The position numbers and the translations under genes were made by a program. Below are positions 1 to 8,264 of a DNA stretch of 64,000 nucleotides, piece after piece (within the stretch, counting starts at the first letter, position 1; every line of letters begins with the position of its first letter). The DNA comes from Phycisphaerales bacterium (lineage in GTDB: Bacteria > Planctomycetota > Phycisphaerae > Phycisphaerales > UBA1924): contig JBGANS010000004.1 of NCBI GenBank assembly GCA_044222195.1, forward strand, positions 197,669-261,668. The letters run 5' to 3'. Under the pieces are notes generated by a model. That model was not told the DNA's origin. It was given only the letters and a program-made list of their open reading frames with translations, and searched no databases.

Positions 1-466
1 GTGTTCCGATCGTCTTGAACGAGAAGTCGAAGTCGCCGCCGAGCTTGTCCATCTTGTTGACAAAGCACAAGCGGGGGACGCGATAGCGGTCGGCCTGGCG
101 CCAGACCGTTTCAGACTGGGCCTCGACGCCTTCCTTGCCGTCAAACACGGCGACCGCGCCGTCGAGCACGCGGAGCGAACGCTCGACTTCGATGGTGAAG
201 TCCACGTGCCCCGGCGTGTCGATCAGATTGATCTTGTATTCCTTGCCCTGGTGTTCCCACGGGCAGGTCGTGGCAGCCGACTGGATGGTGATGCCGCGCT
301 CCTGCTCGTCCTGCAGGAAGTCCATGGTCGCGGTGCCCTCGTGGACCTCGCCAATCTTGTAGGTCTTGCCCGTGTAGAACAAGATGCGCTCGGAGACCGT
401 GGTCTTGCCGGCGTCGATGTGAGCGCAGATTCCGATGTTTCGAATGTGGGATAGGTCGGTGGCCAT
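1..466 (-). CDS. fusA: Elongation factor G, N-terminal part (gene runs off the left edge of the window)
   Basis: Not in the ORF track. The reverse-strand ATG at 466-464 reads [87 protein letters not shown]. It carries the G1 (AHIDAGKT), G3 (DTPGH) and G4 (NKMD) motifs in an EF-G-like context. Track ORF 141..716 is a different frame. Confidence 0.85.
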   Translation of the reverse strand, partial: MATDLSHIRNIGICAHIDAGKTTVSERILFYTGKTYKIGEVHEGTATMDFLQDEQERGITIQSAATTCPWEHQGKEYKINLIDTPGHVDFTIEVERSLRVLDGAVAVFDGKEGVEAQSETVWRQADRYRVPRLCFVNKMDKLGGDFDFSFKTIGT

Positions 467-723
467 AAGTCTGTCTCTGATCAAACTCGCCGTCGTGTTG
501 GCGGCGGGGGGTGGGGTGTCGGTTCTGTCGGGCTTGATCGCTTCGAGCGTCTCGCCGGAAGTGGCGCCGCTCAAAGTGCTCGCGTGTCAGTCGGGCTCCG
601 CGGGTAAGAAGCGATGCGGAGCGATCGCTCTCACCCGGGGCCCGGATCCTCCTGGGAATCCATGGGCAGGCTCCAGTGCCGCCTAGGCGGCTGTGAAGGC
701 GGGCAAACCCCGCCAAGACGGTA

Positions 724-751
724 AGTTTAGACGTACCCCGGGAGGGGTCAA
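724..751 (-). promoter_or_regulatory. Candidate sigma70-type promoter upstream of fusA (TTGACC-N16-TAAACT)
   Basis: The reverse strand reads TTGACC (751-746), a 16-nt spacer, then TAAACT (729-724). It sits between the stop of the upstream gene (797) and the fusA ATG (466). This is a hexamer match only, and Planctomycetota promoter rules are poorly known. Confidence 0.25.
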
Positions 752-796
752 GAACAGTGGTCAGGGGCTGTTCGGGGCAGGTCGACTGGCTGGATT

Positions 797-3220
797 TCAG
801 GTGCCGTTCGCACTTGACTCGACCGCCGCACGATCGGCGGGTGAAAGGCGTTTGAGTTCATCAAGGCGTTGCAAAGAATCGAGCCTGAGCAGGGTTTTGG
901 CGACCTCGCGGGCGGCCTCCATTCGCCCGGCTGCGATCATGGCCTTAAAGGCCTGAAGCGGCAAGGAGAGGCCATGCGGATCGAGTTTCGCTCCCGCCTC
1001 CCACGCTTCGATGGCGCGGTCCAGGTGGCGCGGGTCTCGCGTGGCGGCATGTTCCGCGGCTTCGATGTTTCCCAGCAGCCCCCAGGAACTCGCGGAGGGC
1101 CGACGGCGGACCAGTTCTGTCGCCTGGTTCAGAGCGGCCTGAGCCGCAGTCTCGGACTCGGCCGCAAGTCCCATCGCACTTGCAGCGGCGGAACGTTCCA
1201 TCAAAACTCGAATCAGAGCTTCGCGAGTGGCGAAGTGACCCTGGGCGAGTTCGACCGCCCGGTAGAGGGACGAACTTGCCTCTGAGGTGACTCGGAAGGA
1301 AAGCTGTACCAAAGCCCTGTTGAGCTCGCCGTCATTGGTTGCGGGTGCGGTTCCGGTGGCCCGCGCCAGGTCTGAAGCAATATTCGGCATGGAGTCGCCG
1401 GGCATCCACACCTTCCGCCCGGAAGTGACTTCGTCGAGCCGTGTTCGGAACTCGGCCATCGGTCGCATCTGATCCGCCGCTTCGCTGAGGGCGAGCTGCC
1501 AAAGCGATGTCGGCGCCACACCGAGCCACGCCACGCCGACAGCGGCTCCCACGAGCAATCCCGGCGCGACCATCGCGCGATTGGCCCGGCGAGCCGGAAT
1601 CACCCCACCCGCGCCCGCCGCGCCGAGCACCATGCACATCCACGCTGCGCTGGAATCCCAGAGCGGAGTCACCTCGATTTGTCCATGGACGGCCGCGACC
1701 AACGCCGCGATGGCGAACACGCTGGTGGCTGCCCGAGAAACTCGGAGAAGCGTGAGCACGGCGATAGAAACACCGACCCATCCGGCGAGGCCGGCAAGCC
1801 GAGCAGCTGCCTGCTCCGGGCTGCCCAGCGCGCGTTCAACCCACGTCGAAACGAGGACGGGCGCGACGGCAGCGGCGAAGACGATCCAGCCCTCCGTTCG
1901 GACTCCTCGGGGTGAATCGACCGAAGCGGCCGGCTTGGCGAGCGCGACGCCGCCCAAGCCGTACACCCATCGCATCCACAGCGCTGCCCAGAGCACACCG
2001 AAGACGCCGAGCCTTGCGGCGAAGTCAAAGAACACGCTGTGCGGGCTCGAGACTTCTTCGGGGCTCAGCGCCGGCTTGAGCCGCATGTAGGCATCCTTGA
2101 ACCCATCCGGGCCGGTACCGAAAAGAGGGGCCTCGGCGAAGGCCCGCGTTGCTCCTTCCATGTAATACCATCGAAACAGCAGGCTCCGATCGCCAAGGTG
2201 TTCGCCAAGCAGTCCGCGGGCGACGACGGCGAGCACGGTGCCGACCACGATCGTCACCGCGATCATTCCGGCGGCCCGAGTTGAGACTCTCGCGAGCTTC
2301 CGCTTTCGTGTCAGTACCACGACTCCGCTGATCAACCCCAGGCCCAACACCGCCGCCGCGGCTCCGCCCTTGGAGCCCGCGAGCACCAGCGCACCGCACG
2401 CCACGAGTGCCCCGATGGTGAGCAGGCCCGCCCACCCGTCGGGGATCCGGCGGAGGATCCTGGCTTCTCGCCACCCCAGCACCGCGCAAGCGTACAGCGC
2501 TGTCATGCACGCCGCGGCGAACGTCGCGTAGACGTTGGCCAGCCCGAACCAGCCCGTGGCCTCGGGTTGATTGAGCCTTCGCTCGAAGTTTCGTGCCGAC
2601 GCAGAGTCGGGCGTCCACCCTTGAGCCGCCAGGAACGACTCGCGATCCTGGTTGTACCTTGCCACGGTCATCGCGTGCTCGTGAAAGACCTGCACCGCGC
2701 CCTTGGCGGCGAGCATGACGATCAGCCCAACGGCGGCGGCGAGGGTGACCCGCTTGATTCGCTCATCGCGGCACACGTGCATGGCCGCCAGTCCCGCGGC
2801 CATCGCGGCGCTCCACGTCGCCCCGATTCGGGCGTCGTCGATCGACCCGGTGCGGATGGCGAAGGCATGGACAGACGCGCCGATGCACCCAAGCGTCCAC
2901 AGAAGAACAGGAAGCCACAGGACCGCTGCGCCGGCCAGCACCTCGCCCACCAACGCGACGCCACACCCCAAAAGCATGACCGCGTCCACGCTCATCGATT
3001 CGGCGGGTGTCAGGCCCGTCACAGGCAGCATTGTCCGCCCGGGATCGATTCCCCAATAAGGAAACGGGTCTGATGCAATGAGGCATCGAACGAGCACGCA
3101 CACAATGACCAGAAACCAACCGCCCCAACGAAGCAGTTCTGAAACTCGGGTTGGCGATGTGATACCCAGCGGCGGCGCGGTGCCGGATCTCTGAACTCCT
3201 GTTTCGCTCGAAGCGATCAC
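797..3220 (-). CDS. Polytopic membrane protein, O-antigen ligase/polymerase-like (Wzy_C-like), with a C-terminal TPR-like soluble domain
   Basis: 807-aa ORF with many hydrophobic spans. The loop ..SPEEVSSPHSVFFDFAARLGVFGVLW.. resembles the Wzy_C/O-antigen-ligase signature region. The last ~200 aa are helical-repeat-like (..AIEAWEAGAKLDPHG..AFKAMIAAGRMEAAREVAKTLL..). The GTG start overlaps the upstream stop (GTGA). Confidence 0.6.
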   Translation of the reverse strand: MIASSETGVQRSGTAPPLGITSPTRVSELLRWGGWFLVIVCVLVRCLIASDPFPYWGIDPGRTMLPVTGLTPAESMSVDAVMLLGCGVALVGEVLAGAAVLWLPVLLWTLGCIGASVHAFAIRTGSIDDARIGATWSAAMAAGLAAMHVCRDERIKRVTLAAAVGLIVMLAAKGAVQVFHEHAMTVARYNQDRESFLAAQGWTPDSASARNFERRLNQPEATGWFGLANVYATFAAACMTALYACAVLGWREARILRRIPDGWAGLLTIGALVACGALVLAGSKGGAAAAVLGLGLISGVVVLTRKRKLARVSTRAAGMIAVTIVVGTVLAVVARGLLGEHLGDRSLLFRWYYMEGATRAFAEAPLFGTGPDGFKDAYMRLKPALSPEEVSSPHSVFFDFAARLGVFGVLWAALWMRWVYGLGGVALAKPAASVDSPRGVRTEGWIVFAAAVAPVLVSTWVERALGSPEQAAARLAGLAGWVGVSIAVLTLLRVSRAATSVFAIAALVAAVHGQIEVTPLWDSSAAWMCMVLGAAGAGGVIPARRANRAMVAPGLLVGAAVGVAWLGVAPTSLWQLALSEAADQMRPMAEFRTRLDEVTSGRKVWMPGDSMPNIASDLARATGTAPATNDGELNRALVQLSFRVTSEASSSLYRAVELAQGHFATREALIRVLMERSAAASAMGLAAESETAAQAALNQATELVRRRPSASSWGLLGNIEAAEHAATRDPRHLDRAIEAWEAGAKLDPHGLSLPLQAFKAMIAAGRMEAAREVAKTLLRLDSLQRLDELKRLSPADRAAVESSANGT

Positions 3221-4374
3221 CGGTCGCCGCCTTCACGCGGCCGCGTTCGCGAGTACTCGAAGATTCCAACGAGCATGAGCGTGACACACGTCTGGATGCC
3301 GACGAGCACGGCCTGCCAAGGTTGGAGCGACCCCAGGACGATCCCTGATAACCCTGTGATGGCGGTCAACCCGTAGATGACACCTACGGCCGAACCTTCC
3401 GACAAACCGAGGCGCACGAGTCGGTGCGACAGGTGCTGGCGGTCACCGACGAAAGGTGACCGTCCCTGGCTGATTCGTATCGCGCACACCGACAGGAAGT
3501 CGTAGATGGGCACGGCCAGCACCACAATCGGCATGAACACTCCATACCACCCGCCGGCAAGCCCAACGCCTTCGCCGTGGTAATACGTGGTGCGGACGGT
3601 CAGGAACGCCAAGAGAAACCCGAGCACCAGCGACCCCCCGTCACCCATGAATATTCGTGCGCCGCCCCGACTCGGCCTGTAGTTGAACACAAGAAAGCCA
3701 AGGCAGGCCCCCACGATCAGTGCGAGCGTCGCGCCGACGAACCATTGCCCGTTCAGAACTGCCGCGCCGAGGAAGCACGCACCCGCAATCGCCGCGACGC
3801 CGGATGAGAGTCCATCCATGTTGTCGAGGAAGTTGAGGGCGTTGGTCACCACGAGAAACCAGAGCACCGTCACCGTCATGGAAAGCCACGGCCCGCCCAC
3901 CCGGGCATCGAGCATCATCAAGAGGCGTGTGTCGGGGTGAAGCACGACGATCGCAACTGGCGGCACAGCCATGATCGCGAGCTTCACCCACGGACCCATG
4001 GGCCGGCGGTCGTCGATGAGTCCGAGCACGTGCAATGCTGCAGCACACAGGAGCACAAGCACCGCGAGCGGCGCCTGGGCTCGAATTCCCGGCAGCTGCT
4101 CCCGGAGACTCGTCAGCCAGGATGGATCCCCGGACCCGGTCTCAATCGTCACGAACCGGGCAAGCACCAGTCCCACAATCATGGGAGCAACGATCGACCA
4201 GAAGATGGCCACGCCGCCCGTATTCGGAACTCGCCGTTGCGGGGCCTTCACCTGCCCGGGCACGCCGGCGGAATCAAACGTCCGAAGCCGATGCCCCAAG
4301 CGGATCATCACGGCCGTCAGCGGCAACGAGATTGCCGCGGCGACGGGGACCAGGAGCAGGCAGAGCCAAATCAT
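3217..4374 (-). CDS. Glycosyltransferase family 4 polyprenyl-phosphate sugar-1-phosphate transferase (MraY/WecA family)
   Basis: Multi-pass membrane protein with NALNFLDNMDGLSSG and FMGDGGSLVLGFLLA motifs typical of the MraY/WecA family. I prefer the ATG at 4374; the track starts at the TTG at 4377. The stop overlaps the start of the next gene. Confidence 0.8.
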   Translation of the reverse strand: MIWLCLLLVPVAAAISLPLTAVMIRLGHRLRTFDSAGVPGQVKAPQRRVPNTGGVAIFWSIVAPMIVGLVLARFVTIETGSGDPSWLTSLREQLPGIRAQAPLAVLVLLCAAALHVLGLIDDRRPMGPWVKLAIMAVPPVAIVVLHPDTRLLMMLDARVGGPWLSMTVTVLWFLVVTNALNFLDNMDGLSSGVAAIAGACFLGAAVLNGQWFVGATLALIVGACLGFLVFNYRPSRGGARIFMGDGGSLVLGFLLAFLTVRTTYYHGEGVGLAGGWYGVFMPIVVLAVPIYDFLSVCAIRISQGRSPFVGDRQHLSHRLVRLGLSEGSAVGVIYGLTAITGLSGIVLGSLQPWQAVLVGIQTCVTLMLVGIFEYSRTRPREGGDR

Positions 4375-4383
4375 CAAGAGAGT

Positions 4384-5226
4384 CTAAGACGTCGCGGCGT
4401 CCGGCGCACCGCATTCGGGGCACGACGATCCGATCGGAAGCCCTCTCAGGCTGTATCCGCACCTTGGGCACTCGTGCACGCTGGGACTGCGCCTGCGAAG
4501 CCCCATGAGCGTGGCGAGCGGCCAAACGGCCCAGAGAACGATGTACAGGACTACGACCACGCCCGCGAGCTTGAACGCCCGCAGCGGCCACGGACCGAGC
4601 TTGTCGATGATCGTCGGGTTGTCCGGCTTGATATTGCCGATGTATCCGTAGTTGACGTGCCACGTGAGATTCACGGCCGTCACGACGCCTGCGAACGCGA
4701 AAGTCCACCCAAGCCCGACGAGGAAGTCTCGGAAGGCCGGCCGGTACTTCCGCACGATGATGTCGTACGTGGCGGATCCGATGATCATCGTGTGAGAGAT
4801 CCAGAAGAACCAGAAGTTTGGCGAGAGGTAGCCGAGTTTCAGAATTGGCGTAAAGAACGCCTGCGTGGACAGACCGATACCCCAGAAGTACAGCACGGTG
4901 CGGAATCGCCGCTTCTGGGTGATCATGGCCGCCGCCGCCACAAACGCCGCGAGATCGCAGAGTTGCAGCGGCAGGCTCTCCATCATGTCGAAGTTGCCGG
5001 GCCAGCAGTACCACGCGGTCTCGCCGATCTTGTAGGCAAGCACGGCCCAGCCCCAGCACGCGCGAAATCGAAATTCATCCGCCGGGTTCTTGAGCCGCCG
5101 CCCGATCAGCCAGGCGCCCGCCATGGCGAGGATGCACGACCCGGCCATGAGCAGGTGGTACAGCGTGAAGGGCTTGAACTGCTTGCCCCAGTCGAACGCT
5201 TCGGCGAGACTCGGTCCAATCAACAA
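4384..5226 (-). CDS. Integral membrane protein (tentatively YwaF/TIGR02206-like) with a C-terminal CPxC...CPECG zinc-ribbon tail
   Basis: 280-aa ORF with about 7 hydrophobic spans. The tail reads ..SVHECPRCGYSLRGLPIGSSCPECGAPDAATS. TTG start, no nearby ATG. It ends 9 bp upstream of the GT4 gene. The family assignment is from memory and tentative. Confidence 0.5.
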   Translation of the reverse strand: MLIGPSLAEAFDWGKQFKPFTLYHLLMAGSCILAMAGAWLIGRRLKNPADEFRFRACWGWAVLAYKIGETAWYCWPGNFDMMESLPLQLCDLAAFVAAAAMITQKRRFRTVLYFWGIGLSTQAFFTPILKLGYLSPNFWFFWISHTMIIGSATYDIIVRKYRPAFRDFLVGLGWTFAFAGVVTAVNLTWHVNYGYIGNIKPDNPTIIDKLGPWPLRAFKLAGVVVVLYIVLWAVWPLATLMGLRRRSPSVHECPRCGYSLRGLPIGSSCPECGAPDAATS

Positions 5227-5250
5227 GCGCTCCTGTTCAGCTTTCTGTCC

Positions 5251-6483
5251 TCAAGCCCCGGCCTTCTCATGCCGGAGCTGCCCGCACGCCGCGGCGATAT
5301 CCCGCCCCCGGCTCCTGCGGATATGCGCGTTCACGTTTCTCGCTCGCAGAACCTTCTGAAACTCCAACACGTCTTCAGTCCGGGGCCGCTTGAACTCGAG
5401 CCCGGCCACTTCGTTGTATCGGATCAGGTTCACGTTCGCCCGCAGAGTCTTGGCAACCTGGGCCAGTTCCGCGGCGTGCTCGGGCTTGTCGTTCACGCCC
5501 CGGAGCAGGGTGTATTCCAACGTGATCTCACGCCCCGTCTTTTGAAACCACTTGTGGCACGCGGCGAGGAGGTCCTTGATGGTCGTGTATTCGGCCCAGG
5601 GAATCAGTTGCCGCCGCAGCTCGTCATTGGGCGCGTGGAGCGAGAGCGCGAGCGTGACGGGGAGGTCAAACTCGTCGGCGAGGCGTTCGATCGCTTTGGG
5701 CAGGCCGACGGTGGAGATCGTGATCTTGCGGGCCGAAATATTGGTGGCCCACGCCGCGGTCAGAGTGCGGATGGCCCTGGTGACGGCGGAGAAGTTCGAA
5801 AGGGGCTCACCCATGCCCATGAAGACGACGTTGGTAATGCGCTTGATACCGTCGAGAGCGCCGAGGCGCCAGACTTGCTCGACGATTCGGCCGGCGGAAA
5901 GGTTGCCGTCGAGTCCGCCGAGGCCGGACGCACAAAAGCGGCAACCCACAGGACACCCGACTTGCGAGGACACGCAGGCCGTGCGGCGGGGCGTGCCGTC
6001 GGAGCCGGGCTCAGGGTCGGACGGGATCATCACGCATTCGGTCTGGCGGCGGGTGTCGCCGGCAGGACCCTCGACCACACCGAGCACTGGCTGCCCCACG
6101 ACTCGAAGCCGCGACGCGAGGCCTGTTGCCTCCTCCTGCGACTCAGAGTCCTGGACAACCGACTGGATGCCCCTTGCGTTGTTTGCCTCCGCGGCACCAT
6201 CCCACTCGATCAGGAGTTTCTGCGTCCCATCGGTCGCGGATTGATGTGCCACTGTCCGCCCGGCCAGGAAGGTCATCTCCTTTGAAAGAACTTCACGATC
6301 GAGGGCCGAGAGGTTCGACATCGCTGCGGGATCAACGGTTTTCTTGGTGTACACCCATTCGAGGATCTGGGCCGCGCGGAAGGGTTTCATGCCGTGCGAA
6401 GTGCACCACTCTTTGAGGGTGTCGGGGGTGTGTTCGAAGATGTGGTTGGGGGGGTGGAGCACGGGCAATCGTAAGGGTCTCAT
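5251..6483 (-). CDS. rlmN: 23S rRNA (adenine2503-C2)/tRNA methyltransferase RlmN (radical SAM)
   Basis: It has the radical-SAM cluster motif CVSSQVGCPVGCRFCASG, an N-terminal ..FRAAQILEWVY.. segment, and GMGEPL and LSLHAP motifs. A lineage-specific insertion lies before the CxxxCxxC motif. Confidence 0.9.
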   Translation of the reverse strand: MRPLRLPVLHPPNHIFEHTPDTLKEWCTSHGMKPFRAAQILEWVYTKKTVDPAAMSNLSALDREVLSKEMTFLAGRTVAHQSATDGTQKLLIEWDGAAEANNARGIQSVVQDSESQEEATGLASRLRVVGQPVLGVVEGPAGDTRRQTECVMIPSDPEPGSDGTPRRTACVSSQVGCPVGCRFCASGLGGLDGNLSAGRIVEQVWRLGALDGIKRITNVVFMGMGEPLSNFSAVTRAIRTLTAAWATNISARKITISTVGLPKAIERLADEFDLPVTLALSLHAPNDELRRQLIPWAEYTTIKDLLAACHKWFQKTGREITLEYTLLRGVNDKPEHAAELAQVAKTLRANVNLIRYNEVAGLEFKRPRTEDVLEFQKVLRARNVNAHIRRSRGRDIAAACGQLRHEKAGA

Positions 6484-6591
6484 TACGCCAACACTTCACG
6501 CGTGCTGCAGGGACCCGGCGCACGGTCAAGAGGCTCGTTCAGTACGTTCCCTTGACCTTACGAGTGGCCGCCCAACGCTTGCCTTCGCCGG

Positions 6592-7689
6592 CTACCCCCG
6601 CTTCGCACTCACCGTCAGCGCGACCCCCCCATACCCCTCCGCCGTCACTTTCGCCTTCCCAACCCTGATTCCCCCCGCCGCGGGCTCGATCCCCTGATCT
6701 CGCATCAGCCGCTTCAACGCCGCGGGGAGAGCGAACTCGACATCCTCATCGAACACATCCCGCGCCTCGATTGTCGCTCCATACCGCTTCACCAGTTCGC
6801 GGCAGATTCCCGCCACCAGGTCCTCCGGCGCGGATGCGCCCGCAGTCAGCATTACGGTGAGATCACGACCGGTGGCCTCTTTGGAGGAACGCCTCTCCGA
6901 GATCTGCGGGGCAGCCGCGCACCCCTCAAACCACTCCTCCTTGAGTTCTCCCACATCATCGAGCAGATAGGCCCTCGCCCCCACGTTCTCGGCGATCTCC
7001 GTCAGCCGCACCGAGTTGCTCGAGTTCTTTGACCCTACGACCAGCACGACGTCGCATTCGGGCGCGATTTGCCGGACCGCGTGCTGGCGGTTGGTCGTCG
7101 CGTAGCAGATGTCGCTGGAGGGAGGTTCCTTGATCTTCGGGAACTCATTCTTGAGTGCGTCGATGATGACGGCCGCATCGTCCGTCGAGAGTGTCGTCTG
7201 TGTCAGGTAGACAAGCTTTGCGGGGTCGCGGATAACGAGCCCGGGGATGTCGGCGGGTGTCTCGACCACCTGAATTGCGTCCGGCGCTTCCCCCCGGGTC
7301 CCCACCACTTCTTGATGGTCGGCGTGACCAACCAGCAGGATCTGGTACCCCTGCCGGGCGTAGCGGACCGCTTCCGAGTGCACCTTGGTCACAAGCGGAC
7401 AGGTGGCGTCTATCGCCGTGAGCCCCCTGGCGTCGGCGTGGCGACGAACCTCCGGACTGACCCCGTGCGCCGAGAACACAACTATCTGTCCCGACGGGAC
7501 TTCGTCCAAGGAATCCACAAAAACGACGCCTCTGTCCTCAAAGCGGCCCACCACGTGCTTGTTATGCACAATCTGGTGGTACACATAGATGGTTCGGCCG
7601 GGAAACAAGTTCACGACCTGGTCCACCACGTCTATGGCCATGGCCACGCCGGCGCAAAAGCCGCGGGGGTTGGTGAGGAGGATTCGCAT
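6592..7689 (-). CDS. ispH: 4-hydroxy-3-methylbut-2-enyl diphosphate reductase (IspH/LytB)
   Basis: N-terminus MRILLTNPRGFCAGVAMAIDVV, plus ..SAHGVSP.., ..DATCPLVTKVH.. and ..VVGSKNSSNS.. motifs. It is longer than the usual IspH because of an internal insert and a C-terminal extension. Confidence 0.9.
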   Translation of the reverse strand: MRILLTNPRGFCAGVAMAIDVVDQVVNLFPGRTIYVYHQIVHNKHVVGRFEDRGVVFVDSLDEVPSGQIVVFSAHGVSPEVRRHADARGLTAIDATCPLVTKVHSEAVRYARQGYQILLVGHADHQEVVGTRGEAPDAIQVVETPADIPGLVIRDPAKLVYLTQTTLSTDDAAVIIDALKNEFPKIKEPPSSDICYATTNRQHAVRQIAPECDVVLVVGSKNSSNSVRLTEIAENVGARAYLLDDVGELKEEWFEGCAAAPQISERRSSKEATGRDLTVMLTAGASAPEDLVAGICRELVKRYGATIEARDVFDEDVEFALPAALKRLMRDQGIEPAAGGIRVGKAKVTAEGYGGVALTVSAKRG

Positions 7690-7871
7690 CGGTCGGCAAT
7701 GGTAGAGGCCCCGGCGATTCCGACTGAGGCCACTCTCCGCTGCCGAGGCTTGATCGGGCGCTCAAATCCCCCTGTCGGCAGGCCGCGGCGGTGGCACTTG
7801 CGGGAAACGATTCGGTATACTCGAACCGGCGGGAAGTCTCCCGCGGGGCGTCGCATGAGCTGGGAGTGCGG

Positions 7872-8249
7872 ATGGGAAACGTGAAGCCTTGGCAGATCGT
7901 GGTGATGGTGATAGCGGTGGTTGCGGTGGCGGCGTCGGCCTACTTCACCTTTGCGAAGGGTGAGAAGGTCAAGTTTGCCAACGAAATCACAATGGTTGAT
8001 GTGAACACGGGCGACCTGTTTGCGTTTCCCGTCGGGCGCCGGCAGGCGGTGGTGCCACCGGAGAAGAACCCGGAAACGGGAAAGCGCACGTTGCTTTCCG
8101 TGGACAAAGATGCATCCGGCAAGTGGATTATTCCAGGGCGGGAGATCGCGGCTTTCCTGCCGACGATCGAAGGCGAGCACAAAGCGATCACCGACGCCAA
8201 GAGCGGCGAGGTTCGAGTCAACAACGAGAAGCCCAAAGCGGGCCGATGA
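7872..8249 (+). CDS. Small N-terminally membrane-anchored hypothetical protein
   Basis: The in-frame ATG at 7872 is preceded by GGGAG and reads MGNVKPWQIVVMVIAVVAVAASAYFTF (a TM anchor) followed by a Lys/Glu-rich soluble part. It ends 15 bp before the pseudopilin-like gene. No recognisable family. Confidence 0.5.
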   Translation: MGNVKPWQIVVMVIAVVAVAASAYFTFAKGEKVKFANEITMVDVNTGDLFAFPVGRRQAVVPPEKNPETGKRTLLSVDKDASGKWIIPGREIAAFLPTIEGEHKAITDAKSGEVRVNNEKPKAGR

Positions 8250-8264
8250 GTGTGGGAGCGATGC

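Noticed and set aside
141-716. 191-aa minus-strand track ORF at the left edge
   Set aside because: It is out of frame relative to the clear EF-G reading frame (ATG at 466) and extends into the leader. The translation is Arg-rich nonsense.
3937-6285. 782-aa plus-strand ORF spanning the antisense of three minus-strand genes
   Set aside because: Its Arg/Pro/Gly/His-rich, low-complexity translation has no motifs. The opposite strand encodes recognisable RlmN, a polytopic membrane protein and the GT4 transferase. Long stop-free antisense frames are expected at this GC content.
7793-7806. Sigma54-like TGGCAC...TTGC sequence upstream of 7872..8249
   Set aside because: The GG and GC elements are only about 5 nt apart (TGGCACTTGC), not the required ~10-nt spacing. 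No enhancer-binding protein gene is nearby.
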